From: a virus
Lineage: Duplodnaviria > Caudoviricetes
Direction: 5' to 3' (one strand)
Length of the DNA: 45,537 nt
Virus record (IMG/VR): IMGVR_UViG_3300012987_000002
Location: 1-45,537 of that record
Under the pieces are notes generated by a model that saw only the letters and a list, made by a program, of their open reading frames with translations, ran no database searches and was not told the DNA's origin. Of this stretch, positions 1-8,820 are shown one piece after another. How positions within the stretch are numbered: position 1 is the stretch's first letter; each line of letters begins with the position of its first letter. The position numbers and the translations under genes are program-made.

Positions 1-123
1 CTGGAGAAGACAGACCCTGCCACATGGCAGGCTCAGCAGCTTGCAGTGACTACTCAGGTCCAGCAGCTGGCCGCCCAGATGGGGGCGGCCATTCCTCAGT
101 CCAAGCTGAAGAGTGTCGTTGAC
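1..123. repeat. Terminal overlap, identical to 45415..45537 (circular assembly)
   Basis: Exact 123-nt identity between the two window ends; it lies inside a gene that reads in frame across the join. Confidence 0.97.
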
Positions 124-684
124 ACTGTCATGCGGACGGGCATGGAGGAAGGTCAGATCCGGGATGCCCTTGGTCAGTACGTGACATTCACCAAGGATGG
201 CACGCTCAAGGGTGAGGCTGGCATGCATGAGTTCACCATGAAGCAGTACGCCGCCCAAATGGGCGTCGAGATCGGTGACCAGGCAATCAAGAACCAGGCT
301 CAGCTGGTGGTGCGGAAGATGGCCACCAGTCAGGACTTCGAGAGCCAGATCAGAGAGCAGGCGAAGTCTGCATTCCCTGGATACAGCGAGCAGATAGATG
401 CGGGCATGACGATGAAGGACATCGCTAACCCCTATCAGCAACTGATGTCCAAGGAGCTGGAGCTTCCCGACTCTCCCCTTGGCCTCATGGACCCGACCAT
501 CCGCAATGCACTCAATGGACTGGACAAGGACGGGAAGCCTTCAGGCATGAACCTTCCGGACTTCCAGAGCATGCTGAGGAATGACCCTCGATGGCGCTCC
601 ACTCAGGGAGCGCAGGACCAAGTGATGAACGTAGGCCATTCGATCCTTCGGGACATGGGACTCATGAGCGGAGGCGGTAGCTGA
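1..684 (+). CDS. C-terminal part of NlpC/P60 virion protein (starts at 44797, 433 aa in total)
   Basis: Frame continuous from ATG 44797 across the join (LEKTDPATWQ...); C-terminal region paralogous to 684..1955. Confidence 0.9.
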   Translation: MEKTDPATWQAQQLAVTTQVQQLAAQMGAAIPQSKLKSVVDTVMRTGMEEGQIRDALGQYVTFTKDGTLKGEAGMHEFTMKQYAAQMGVEIGDQAIKNQAQLVVRKMATSQDFESQIREQAKSAFPGYSEQIDAGMTMKDIANPYQQLMSKELELPDSPLGLMDPTIRNALNGLDKDGKPSGMNLPDFQSMLRNDPRWRSTQGAQDQVMNVGHSILRDMGLMSGGGS

Positions 685-1955
685 TGGACCTCATGAGCAT
701 TCTCAAGCAGGCTGGCTTCAAGGGTGACGGTCTCAAGATGGCTTACGCCATTGCGATGGCCGAGTCCGGAGGCAATGCCAGGGCCCACAACGGCAACGCT
801 GGTACGGGCGACAACTCCTATGGCCTCTTCCAGATCAACATGCTGGGAGGCATGGGGCCCGAGAGGCGTCGGCAGTATGGGCTCAGCTCCAATGACGCAC
901 TGTTCGATCCCCTGACCAATGCCCGAGTCGCCTACAAGATGAGCAACGGCGGCAAGAACTGGGGGCCCTGGTCCACCTACGGCAATGGTGCCTACCAGAA
1001 GTACTACGGTGGCTCCAGTGCCACAGTCAAGAACTCTGGTGGCTCTTCCTCCGCCTCGTCGGGCGGAGGTGGTGGAGGCAGTGCACCAATGAGCCGGTCA
1101 GAGACTGCTGAAAGCTATGGCTTTGTAGAGTCTCTGTTCAACTCAGTGCCTGAACTGAAGAAGCTGTTCGACAAGGCAGTCAAGGGCGGATGGACGGCAG
1201 CCAAATTCCAGGCAGGCCTTCGGGACACCAAGTGGTGGAAGTCCAAGCCTGAGTCTGCGAGGAAGTTCCTCATCCTCCAGTACGGCGACCCCGCCACAGC
1301 CAAGCAGCAGCTTGCCCAGCAGCGCGTGAAGATCAAGCAAATGGCTGCTCAGCTCGGCATTACCGTCAACTCCAAGCTGTCCAAGAAGCTGGACGACTGG
1401 ACCATGAAGTCCATGTTGAACGGCTGGACAGATGCCCAGATGCGGGATGAACTGGGCAAGTTCGTCACCTTCGGGGATGACGACTGGGGCGGCGAGGGTG
1501 GTGAGGCCATCGAGAAGCTGAAGACCTACGCCTACCAGATGGGTGTCGCTTTCAATGGCAAGTGGTTCGCAGACCGCGCACGTCTGATCGTGCGCGGGAT
1601 GGCTACTCAGCAGGATTTCGAGGATGAGATCAGGCATGCAGCCAAGGGCGTCTTCAGTCAGTGGTCCAAGCAGCTCGATGCAGGTCAGACAGTGGCAGAC
1701 CTGGCGGCTCCTTACATGCAGTCCATGTCTCAGATCCTTGAGCTGCCAGCAGGCAGTGTCAATCTGTTCGATCCGACCATCCGGAAGGCTCTTCAGAACA
1801 AGGACAAGACGACTGGAGCCAATGCGGTCAAGCCTCTCTGGCAGTTCGAGAACGACCTCAGATCCGACAACCGTTGGAAGGGCACCCAGAATGCCCAGAA
1901 CAGTCTCATGCAGGTAGCCCACCAGGTCCTTGCGGACTTCGGTGTCAAGAACTAG
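684..1955 (+). CDS. Virion protein with N-terminal lysozyme-like/lytic transglycosylase domain
   Basis: AIAMAESGGN...SYGLFQIN...NWGPW motifs, Gly/Ser linker, helical C-terminal region; TGATG coupling to the upstream gene. Confidence 0.85.
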   Translation: MDLMSILKQAGFKGDGLKMAYAIAMAESGGNARAHNGNAGTGDNSYGLFQINMLGGMGPERRRQYGLSSNDALFDPLTNARVAYKMSNGGKNWGPWSTYGNGAYQKYYGGSSATVKNSGGSSSASSGGGGGGSAPMSRSETAESYGFVESLFNSVPELKKLFDKAVKGGWTAAKFQAGLRDTKWWKSKPESARKFLILQYGDPATAKQQLAQQRVKIKQMAAQLGITVNSKLSKKLDDWTMKSMLNGWTDAQMRDELGKFVTFGDDDWGGEGGEAIEKLKTYAYQMGVAFNGKWFADRARLIVRGMATQQDFEDEIRHAAKGVFSQWSKQLDAGQTVADLAAPYMQSMSQILELPAGSVNLFDPTIRKALQNKDKTTGANAVKPLWQFENDLRSDNRWKGTQNAQNSLMQVAHQVLADFGVKN

Positions 1956-1963
1956 GAGGGTAG

Positions 1964-3022
1964 ATGGCAACAGAAGGTGACCTTGAGTTCAAGCTGAAGG
2001 TTGGCAAGTCGAAAGTCTCTGCCTACCGAGCGCAGATAGAGGGGCTGAAGGCCCAGCTCAAGCGCAAGGGAAACTCCAAGGCTCTGATAGCGGCCCTGAA
2101 CAAGCGGCTGGCTACTACGCAGAAGGCCATGGACAACCAGGCCAAGGCCAATGTGGCCAATCAGAACGAGCTCTACAAGGTGACAGGCCAGTACGACAAG
2201 CTTCTGAGCGGTGACAACCGAGACGCCTTTGCGGCGGTCTCGGCGCTGTTCAATAGCTACGGACTGGGAAGCCTGTCAGGCAAGATCTACGATTACGTCA
2301 AGAACGGGTACAGCGCTGACACCATCTCAATCCTTTTGCAGGACACCAAGGAGTACAAGGAACGCTTCGCAGGCAACGAGCTTCGCAAGAAGGCAGGCCT
2401 GCCTGTCCTGTCTGCGGGTGAATACCTCGCTACGGAAGCCAGCTACCGACAGATCATGGAGTCAGCCGGACTGCCGTCTGGATTCTATGACCAGCCTAGC
2501 GACTTCAATTCCTGGATCGGGAAGAACGTCAGCCCCTCAGAGATTCAGACGAGGGTGGATCTGGCTACTCAGGCTACGATCCTCGCTAATCCGAACTATA
2601 AGAAGGCTCTGAATGCCATGGGCATTTCGGACGGGGAGCTGACTTCCTACTTCCTCGATCAGAAGAAGGCCCTTCCGTATATTCAGAAGGCGGCCGCAAC
2701 GGCTGCCATCGGGGCTCAGGCCCTTCAGAACAACCTGGCATTCGACCAGACGTATGCCGAGTCTCTGGCAACTTCTGGCATCACTGCCGATCAGGCCGCT
2801 CAGGGCTACTCGCAGATTGCCCAGGAGGCTGGAACCATGAAGGATCTGGCATCCATCTACGGCACCAGCTACACGCAGCGAGAAGCCGAAGAGGCTACCT
2901 TCCGGGGTAATGCTTCGGCGGTGAACAAGAGAAAGGGCCTTGCATCTCAGGAGCGTGCCAACTTCAGTGGCGCTGCTGGTGGTGCCCGTGCTGGCTTTGG
3001 CCAGCGGGGCGGAGCAAGGTAG
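1964..3022 (+). CDS. Putative internal virion protein
   Basis: 352-aa helical Ala/Gln-rich ORF with RBS AGGAGG, in the structural operon. Confidence 0.6.
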   Translation: MATEGDLEFKLKVGKSKVSAYRAQIEGLKAQLKRKGNSKALIAALNKRLATTQKAMDNQAKANVANQNELYKVTGQYDKLLSGDNRDAFAAVSALFNSYGLGSLSGKIYDYVKNGYSADTISILLQDTKEYKERFAGNELRKKAGLPVLSAGEYLATEASYRQIMESAGLPSGFYDQPSDFNSWIGKNVSPSEIQTRVDLATQATILANPNYKKALNAMGISDGELTSYFLDQKKALPYIQKAAATAAIGAQALQNNLAFDQTYAESLATSGITADQAAQGYSQIAQEAGTMKDLASIYGTSYTQREAEEATFRGNASAVNKRKGLASQERANFSGAAGGARAGFGQRGGAR

Positions 3023-3100
3023 TAAAGCATGGATGCGCACTCTCGCTCTGGGGGCATCCATTACAAGGCGTATGAGATAAGGACGTCTACCGGGGCCCAA

Positions 3101-3171
3101 TCGGATGTAGCTCAGTGGCAGAGCGGCGGTCTCCAAAACCGTTCACGGGAGTTCGATTCTCCCCATCCGGG
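3101..3171 (+). tRNA. tRNA-Trp (CCA anticodon); 3' CCA not encoded
   Basis: Acceptor TCGGATG/CATCCGG, D arm GCTC-AGTGGCA-GAGC, anticodon arm GCGGT-CTCCAAA-ACCGT, T arm GGGAG-TTCGATT-CTCCC. Confidence 0.93.
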
Positions 3172-3174
3172 CCG

Positions 3175-3269
3175 AATCAGGGATCGACCGGCCCCCTGAT
3201 TTGTACTTCAGTCCGGGATCACATTGAAGGCGAGCGAAACTCATCATCCCCTGATGAGCGTATGGCGCC
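3175..3269 (+). promoter_or_regulatory. Structured leader upstream of the scaffold gene
   Basis: Three consecutive stems: AATCAGGG/CCCTGATT, CTTCAGT/ATTGAAG, CTCATCA/TGATGAG. Confidence 0.45.
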
Positions 3270-3287
3270 ACAACCTAGGGAGATCAA

Positions 3288-3779
3288 ATGAACGACGCAT
3301 GGGGTTACGACGAGACCGCCGAGTCGACTGAGCCTGGCCACAACGATGGGCCCAAGGCGCTGCGGGAGGCTTACAAGGCGCAGAAGGCACAGAATGACGC
3401 GATCCTCGCAGAGCTTGCGGAGATCAAGGCAGAGCGTGCCAGGGAAAAGCTCTCGTCCGTCTTCAGCGAACTGGGAGTTCCGGATGCAGCGAGCCTGTAT
3501 CAGGGAGAGCCCGACCCGGAGAAGGCCCGTGCATGGGCTGAATCCATGCGAGCCGCCTTCGGCTCTGGCAACCAGGGAACCCCTGCTGCCGTTTCTCCGC
3601 CTGCCCCTGCGCTCGATGCGCAGGTTCAGCAGCAGTATCAGCAGATGAATGAAGCCGGTCAGAGTGGGACGCCACTCGGCAACTTCGAGGCTGCTGGCGC
3701 TGCTATCTCGCAGGCTAATGACCTCAACAGTCTTATTGCTGCCATGGCTCAGGCGAACAACTTGAATCCTGGCCAGTAA
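3288..3779 (+). CDS. Capsid scaffolding protein
   Basis: Acidic N-terminus and coiled coil (KALREAYKAQK); directly upstream of the major capsid gene. Confidence 0.75.
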   Translation: MNDAWGYDETAESTEPGHNDGPKALREAYKAQKAQNDAILAELAEIKAERAREKLSSVFSELGVPDAASLYQGEPDPEKARAWAESMRAAFGSGNQGTPAAVSPPAPALDAQVQQQYQQMNEAGQSGTPLGNFEAAGAAISQANDLNSLIAAMAQANNLNPGQ

Positions 3780-3808
3780 GACTCCTTCTCACTTAGGAGT
3801 GATCCCAC

Positions 3809-4831
3809 ATGGCTAACGCCTTTACCGGCACTGGGGCAATGGCTGCCCTTGTCCAGACTGCTTATGACCGCGCGCTTGAGTTCGCTCTGCGTGCACAGCC
3901 GATGTTCCGACAGGTCGCCGACAAGCGACCTGTCCAGCAGGCGATGCCTGGTTCTTCGGTCGTCTTCTCTCTGTACCAGGACCTCGCTCAGCAGATCACG
4001 CCGCTGAACGAGCTGGTTGACCCGGACGCCGTTGCGGCCGGTAACCCGACCACTGTCTCGGTGACCCTGAACGAGTATGGCAACTCGATCCTCGTCTCCA
4101 ACAAGCTGGACCTGTTCAGCTTCACCGACGTGACTGCCGGTCTCGTCAACCAGGTGGCATGGAACCTGATCGACTCTGTCGACCTCATCGTTCAGAACGT
4201 TCTTGCTGCGGGCACCCAGACGCTTCGGCGTTCTGGTACCGGCACGGTCGGTTACGGCTTCGGCACCACCCCGACCAACCCTGTTGCCCTGAACCAGATC
4301 GGTGGCGCTGCTGACGTCAACATCAGCAACTCTGCCATGAACTCTGTCATCGCCCGGACCGCCCCCGTGCAGCTCCGGACCAACAAGGTTCACCCGAACA
4401 AGGGCTCGCTGTACACCGCCTACATCCACCCGCAGGTCTCCTTCGACCTGCGTCAGGAAACTGGCGCTGCGGCCTGGCGTGACCCGCACAACTACTCGGC
4501 TGCTGACAACATCTGGGCCGGTGAGATCGGGTCCTACGAGGGCGCTGCGTACATCGAGACTCCTCGTGCCCAGAGTGCCCAGACCGGCGCTGCGTACTCC
4601 GGTCCTTCGGCTCCGGCTGGTGCCTCGCGTGTGTACAACACGTACTACACCGGTCAGCAGGCTCTGGCTGAGGCTGTGGCTGAGGACTTCCACACCGTCC
4701 GTGGTCCGGTCGTCGACAAGCTGACCCGCTTCCAGCCGCTCGGCTGGTACGGCGTTGCTGGCTGGTCGCTGTACCGTCCGGAGTCCCTGATCGTTGCTCA
4801 GACGACTTCGACTCTGCGCCCGACCGCGTAG
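3809..4831 (+). CDS. Major capsid protein (N4-gp56-like family)
   Basis: 340 aa with VTLNEYGN, YIHPQVSFDLR, GEIGSYEG and DKLTRFQPLGWYG motifs; strong codon bias; RBS TAGGAG. Confidence 0.9.
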   Translation: MANAFTGTGAMAALVQTAYDRALEFALRAQPMFRQVADKRPVQQAMPGSSVVFSLYQDLAQQITPLNELVDPDAVAAGNPTTVSVTLNEYGNSILVSNKLDLFSFTDVTAGLVNQVAWNLIDSVDLIVQNVLAAGTQTLRRSGTGTVGYGFGTTPTNPVALNQIGGAADVNISNSAMNSVIARTAPVQLRTNKVHPNKGSLYTAYIHPQVSFDLRQETGAAAWRDPHNYSAADNIWAGEIGSYEGAAYIETPRAQSAQTGAAYSGPSAPAGASRVYNTYYTGQQALAEAVAEDFHTVRGPVVDKLTRFQPLGWYGVAGWSLYRPESLIVAQTTSTLRPTA

Positions 4832-4845
4832 TAGTTGCCTGATGT

Positions 4846-4879
4846 GGGGACTTTACTCGACCAGTAAAGTCCCCCTTTC
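4846..4879 (+). terminator. Intrinsic terminator/attenuator after the capsid gene
   Basis: 12-bp stem GGGGACTTTACT/AGTAAAGTCCCC followed by CTTTC. Confidence 0.75.
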
Positions 4880-4903
4880 AGTAAACAATCAACAGGAGGT
4901 TCA

Positions 4904-5221
4904 ATGTCTGGCTTCGACAATACGTCGTTCACCACTCGAACGGCGACCGGCACAACCGACACTCTCACCCCCAATGACAGCGTCGTTGTATACACCAACA
5001 CGGCCGCCAAGACGGTCAACTTTCCGCTGGTCTCTCAGACTCAGCCTGGCCGCAAGTACTCGGTAGTCAATGCCGCTGCGGGCGCCATCACTCTGACTCC
5101 GGTGGCTCCTGCCACTCTCGATGGCCTGGCCACTAAGACGGTGGCTGCAACCAGCGGTCGAGCCGAGTTCATCTCTGATGGCACCAACTGGTTTACGACC
5201 AGCTCTGTCGGCCTTACGTAA
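4904..5221 (+). CDS. Putative head decoration protein
   Basis: Thr-rich 105-aa protein ending SDGTNWF, directly after the capsid gene; RBS AGGAGG. Confidence 0.55.
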   Translation: MSGFDNTSFTTRTATGTTDTLTPNDSVVVYTNTAAKTVNFPLVSQTQPGRKYSVVNAAAGAITLTPVAPATLDGLATKTVAATSGRAEFISDGTNWFTTSSVGLT

Positions 5222-5240
5222 CTAGGAGAAAGGGAGCCAA

Positions 5241-5624
5241 GTGGCTACGTGGAAATACACAACTCGCACGGTTTCCGAGGCTCCCTTTGCCTGGAACGAC
5301 CTCATGGTCCGCTATCGGATGGACCGTGGAATCTCGGTGCAGGAGGTTGCACCCTGTCAGTACGAGGAAGTCAGGTACTACACGTACACGGATGAACTCG
5401 GGGCAGCCAACCTCCCCACCAATCCGAATCAGGACACCACTTTCTGGCCCGCCCCTTCGGCGGGCCTGAACTTCTTCAGGGGCGGATACGAGCACATAGT
5501 AGATGACGCAACCAAGGCATGCCTGATCTCTTCAGGCGTTGCCGATGAAAGTAACTTTGAATCAACAACGCCCCTGACCGGATTCGGTGAGGGCGGCTTC
5601 GGTGAGGGAGGCTTCGGAGAGTGA
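5241..5624 (+). CDS. Virion-associated hypothetical protein with C-terminal GFGEG repeats
   Basis: Ends GFGEGGFGEGGFGE; GTGA overlap with the next gene. Confidence 0.6.
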   Translation: MATWKYTTRTVSEAPFAWNDLMVRYRMDRGISVQEVAPCQYEEVRYYTYTDELGAANLPTNPNQDTTFWPAPSAGLNFFRGGYEHIVDDATKACLISSGVADESNFESTTPLTGFGEGGFGEGGFGE

Positions 5625-6859
5625 CCTATACCCCAATTCCGCATGGCACAGAAAACTGGGATGTGCCTGTCAATGCCGCATTCACCAGTCAGGATCAGCG
5701 CATCACCGTGCTCGAAGACCTACAGCCCGAGGCGGAGGTGTACGTACCACCGGACTGGGGACAGTTCTGGCGCCCGGCTCGCAATGCTTCAGGCACTCAG
5801 GCATCCAAGATCATGGTTGCCGGTGCCTCTGTAGCCGAGGGCTACTACGCACAGAACACCATTACCGACTCCTGGGTCGGCAAGATGCGTACAGCAGTCC
5901 AGGGAACCTATGGCGATGGTGGCTCGGGGATGTTCTCCAGCTCCAGAACCGATGTCATCTCGTCCGCCACGGCCGGTGCCGTGGCTACCTGGGAAGGCAA
6001 CGGCTCCTTCGCAACCACGACTGGCACATGGACTACCGGCGCTCAGTTCTTCGGGCCCGGCATCAGCTTCATGATCTCGACGGCCGCAGCTACTGCCACC
6101 TACAAGGTGACTGGCAGCACCGTGAAGATCTACAACATCAGTGGTGCAGCACCGAGGGCCAACTACACCTACCAGATCGATGGTGGAGCAATAGTGCCCG
6201 TTACGGTGACCATCGGCACCACATCCATTCAGGTAACCACAGTGACCGGCCTAGCGCCTGTTGAGCACACGGTGGTCATCTCCTGGAATGGAGCTCCCAC
6301 AGAGCCTCTGAGCCTCATTGGAGTGGCTGGGGAGAACTCAACTGGCTGCATCGTGGACAACCTTGGCAGGGCTGGCACCACCTCCGCCAACTGGTCCAGC
6401 GCTTCGGCGCTGACCCAGCAGTGGAATGGTGGTCCATCGAATCCCTGCGACCTGTTCATTCTGCATCTAGGAGCGAACGACGCGACGTCAGGAACTGTCG
6501 ACAGTGAGACCTTCATGAGGAACATGTCGACCATCCTGCTTGCAGTGAAAGACGGAGCGTTTGGCCAGGACGCCACTGGTGACACTGACATCATGATTGT
6601 CACTCAGCACTTCGGCCACTTCACGAACCCCAGCATCTACGCCGGTTACAGCACCAGAATGAAGGGGCTGGCAGACACCTTCGGTGCTGCCTACGTCAAC
6701 ATCTGGGGACTGGGCCGGAACTCCTGGGCCTACTGGAATGGCCTCGGCTACTGGGGCAATGCGAATACCCCAGGCCCTGCCGGTACGGACAACGTGCACC
6801 CGTCCAATGCTGGCCACGACTACATCTCAAGCATCATCAATCCGATCGTGATGTCCTAG
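5621..6859 (+). CDS. SGNH/GDSL hydrolase-domain protein
   Basis: Block I AGAS, block II NLGRAG, block III LGAND, block V DNVHP. Confidence 0.8.
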   Translation: MTYTPIPHGTENWDVPVNAAFTSQDQRITVLEDLQPEAEVYVPPDWGQFWRPARNASGTQASKIMVAGASVAEGYYAQNTITDSWVGKMRTAVQGTYGDGGSGMFSSSRTDVISSATAGAVATWEGNGSFATTTGTWTTGAQFFGPGISFMISTAAATATYKVTGSTVKIYNISGAAPRANYTYQIDGGAIVPVTVTIGTTSIQVTTVTGLAPVEHTVVISWNGAPTEPLSLIGVAGENSTGCIVDNLGRAGTTSANWSSASALTQQWNGGPSNPCDLFILHLGANDATSGTVDSETFMRNMSTILLAVKDGAFGQDATGDTDIMIVTQHFGHFTNPSIYAGYSTRMKGLADTFGAAYVNIWGLGRNSWAYWNGLGYWGNANTPGPAGTDNVHPSNAGHDYISSIINPIVMS

Positions 6860-6867
6860 GAGGAATC

Positions 6868-7047
6868 ATGGCAGCGAAGCCCAACAAGAAGGCACCCCTT
6901 GGTCAGGGTGGACGGTTCGCAGCGGTAGCCAAGGCCGCTGGCGGCGGCGAGAAGGGTAAGGCCATTGCGGCTGCGGCTGGTCGCAAGAAGTACGGTGCCG
7001 CCAAGATGGCCAAGATGGCTGCGGCTGGACGGAAGAAGGCGAAGTAA
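6868..7047 (+). CDS. 59-aa Lys/Ala-rich basic protein (not in ORF track)
   Basis: RBS AGGAGG; MAAKPNKKAPLGQGGRFAAVAKAAGGGEKGKAIAAAAGRKKYGAAKMAKMAAAGRKKAK; TAATG coupling to the next gene. Confidence 0.85.
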   Translation: MAAKPNKKAPLGQGGRFAAVAKAAGGGEKGKAIAAAAGRKKYGAAKMAKMAAAGRKKAK

Positions 7048-7292
7048 TGGCCCACTACCTGTACGACCCGGCCAAGGAGCCGTGTCCTCCGTTGTTCCAT
7101 CCCGATGAGTGCTGCTGCGCCATCTGTGGACCGGGCGGCAATAACACTCTGACTGAGAACAACGAGAAGGGGATCCTGGAAACGAACCTCTTCAAGACCA
7201 TTGCAATGCACCAACAGGCTCCGCTCGGCTCTGACCATGACAGTCACAAGCAGGGCATCTATACGACGAACAGCGCAGGAGACAACGACTAA
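7047..7292 (+). CDS. Hypothetical protein
   Basis: Coupled at both ends (TAATG). Confidence 0.7.
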   Translation: MAHYLYDPAKEPCPPLFHPDECCCAICGPGGNNTLTENNEKGILETNLFKTIAMHQQAPLGSDHDSHKQGIYTTNSAGDND

Positions 7293-7504
7293 TGGCAGTT
7301 CAGAAGAAGATCGATGCGCCGCTTCTCAGTGTGGGCGATCTGGTCCACCTGGTTACTGGTGGCCGCACTCTCCAGAACTATGAGGTTCTGGGGATGGATG
7401 ACCGCTTCCTGAAGCTGTCGGCCAATCCGCAGGTTGCACCGCAGACCGACACGATCCTCATTCCGTGGGGTGCTCTCGAAGTCCTTGGGCTCCCGAATGG
7501 CTGA
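7292..7504 (+). CDS. Hypothetical protein
   Basis: RBS AGGAG; coupled to the upstream gene. Confidence 0.7.
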   Translation: MAVQKKIDAPLLSVGDLVHLVTGGRTLQNYEVLGMDDRFLKLSANPQVAPQTDTILIPWGALEVLGLPNG

Positions 7505-7556
7505 GGGACGCTGCCCTGACTGCAAGCAGCCCTTCGAGAAGTGTAGGTGTACCTGA
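7497..7556 (+). CDS. 19-aa Cys-rich microprotein MAEGRCPDCKQPFEKCRCT
   Basis: Exactly fills the gap; 8-nt overlap upstream and TGATG overlap downstream. Confidence 0.55.
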   Translation: MAEGRCPDCKQPFEKCRCT

Positions 7557-7828
7557 TGGCAGGCAAGTTCAAGAAGGGCGCACGCTGTTCCTCCGCCTGT
7601 CCCACCAAGGATCACCGGACATTCGGGGAGTGCATGAGGAGCAAGAGCCTTCAGCTCTCCCCGCATGTCAACGGTGACTATGCCAAGAAGCAGAAGGCGT
7701 GGGACAAGGAGCTGGGCAACTATGAGTCGGCCGTCAACCAGGGCGTCCAGCCTCGTGGCACCAAGCAGGCTCAGATTGATGAAGCGATGAAGTCCAGCGA
7801 CGCGACAGGCGTCGCCTATCAGGCATAA
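7556..7828 (+). CDS. Hypothetical protein (CSSACPTKDH motif)
   Basis: ATG 7556 preferred because of the TGATG coupling. Confidence 0.7.
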   Translation: MAGKFKKGARCSSACPTKDHRTFGECMRSKSLQLSPHVNGDYAKKQKAWDKELGNYESAVNQGVQPRGTKQAQIDEAMKSSDATGVAYQA

Positions 7829-7837
7829 GGGGAAGAG

Positions 7838-8431
7838 ATGGCAGAGCAGCTAGTAGCAGTAGTCAATCCGGATGGGAGCCTTGTCGGCTCCGGCGGAGGC
7901 GGAGGCAGCGTTACTGTCACCAACTTCCCCGCAACGCAGACAGTCGCAGGCTCCGTGTCGGTGTCGAACTTCCCGGCAACTCAGCCTGTCTCTGGCACTG
8001 TCACTGCCAACGGTGGCACCAGCCCAACGCTGGCAAACTCCTGGAACGTCAAGCTTACCGATGGCACGGACACTTCCTCGATCACCACTTCGGGACTGGG
8101 CAATGCCCTTCTGGTGAGCACGGGCACTCAAGTGTCCGGCAAGACCCTCAGCGCCGTGGCCGTCAACACCACGGGCACCACGGTTGACATGGGGTCGGCC
8201 AAGGCCAACTTCACCAGCGTCGTACAGGCGACTGGAACCATCACTGGCACGGTCACTCTGGAGCTGAGCATCGACGGCACCGTATGGGTGTCCAGTACCG
8301 TCACGGCCAACGTGACGGTTGCTGGCAACCTTGCCCTGTACAGCATCGGACGTCCTGCGCGGTATGCACGTGTCACTCTTACTGCGCAGGCTGGAACTGG
8401 AACCATCACCGCTGACATCATGGGAGGCTAA
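7838..8431 (+). CDS. Thr/Val/Gly-rich minor structural or fibre protein
   Basis: Duplicated V-x-NFPATQ repeat; beta-rich composition. Confidence 0.6.
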   Translation: MAEQLVAVVNPDGSLVGSGGGGGSVTVTNFPATQTVAGSVSVSNFPATQPVSGTVTANGGTSPTLANSWNVKLTDGTDTSSITTSGLGNALLVSTGTQVSGKTLSAVAVNTTGTTVDMGSAKANFTSVVQATGTITGTVTLELSIDGTVWVSSTVTANVTVAGNLALYSIGRPARYARVTLTAQAGTGTITADIMGG

Positions 8432-8812
8432 GTGAGCATTCTTTCTGGATCCTCTACGACGGACCAGGGAACCATCATCACTATTCCTGCTGGCAAGTGG
8501 TGGAGGGGCAGCATCTCGATCTCCTCTTCACTCTCCGCCGGTATCAATGTAGGTGCGCAGCAGGCAACCCCGACAGTGACAATCCAGGGAACCAACTCCG
8601 ATCCGGTCAACGGATCGGTAATGGCTGCGGTATCTCTCTCGACGCCTGCCGTTGGTCTTCTGTCGCTCCTCGGAGTCACTTCCAACCAGTCAGTCTGTCA
8701 GGTTGGCATAGCCCTTCAGGCGCCTCCTGGCAACTCCGTGCTGCTCAGACTGAACTCGCCTTCCAGCACCGTAACCATCGCCGTTGCCCACGGCGAAGTG
8801 TCCGACTTCTAA
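8432..8812 (+). CDS. Hypothetical structural protein
   Basis: Abuts the upstream stop; beta-rich composition. Confidence 0.6.
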   Translation: MSILSGSSTTDQGTIITIPAGKWWRGSISISSSLSAGINVGAQQATPTVTIQGTNSDPVNGSVMAAVSLSTPAVGLLSLLGVTSNQSVCQVGIALQAPPGNSVLLRLNSPSSTVTIAVAHGEVSDF

Positions 8813-8820
8813 GGAGCAAC

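Noticed and set aside
1-123. End repeat as a biological direct terminal repeat
   Set aside because: It cuts through the NlpC/P60 gene, which reads in frame across the join; best explained as assembly overlap
3235-3260. Hammerhead ribozyme (CGAAAC ... CTGATGAG)
   Set aside because: Only 10 nt separate the two core strings, leaving no room for stems I and III; CTCATCA/TGATGAG is a simple hairpin
8497-8820. N-terminal extension of the 417-aa ORF
   Set aside because: Overlaps 8432..8812; a strong RBS supports the start at 8821
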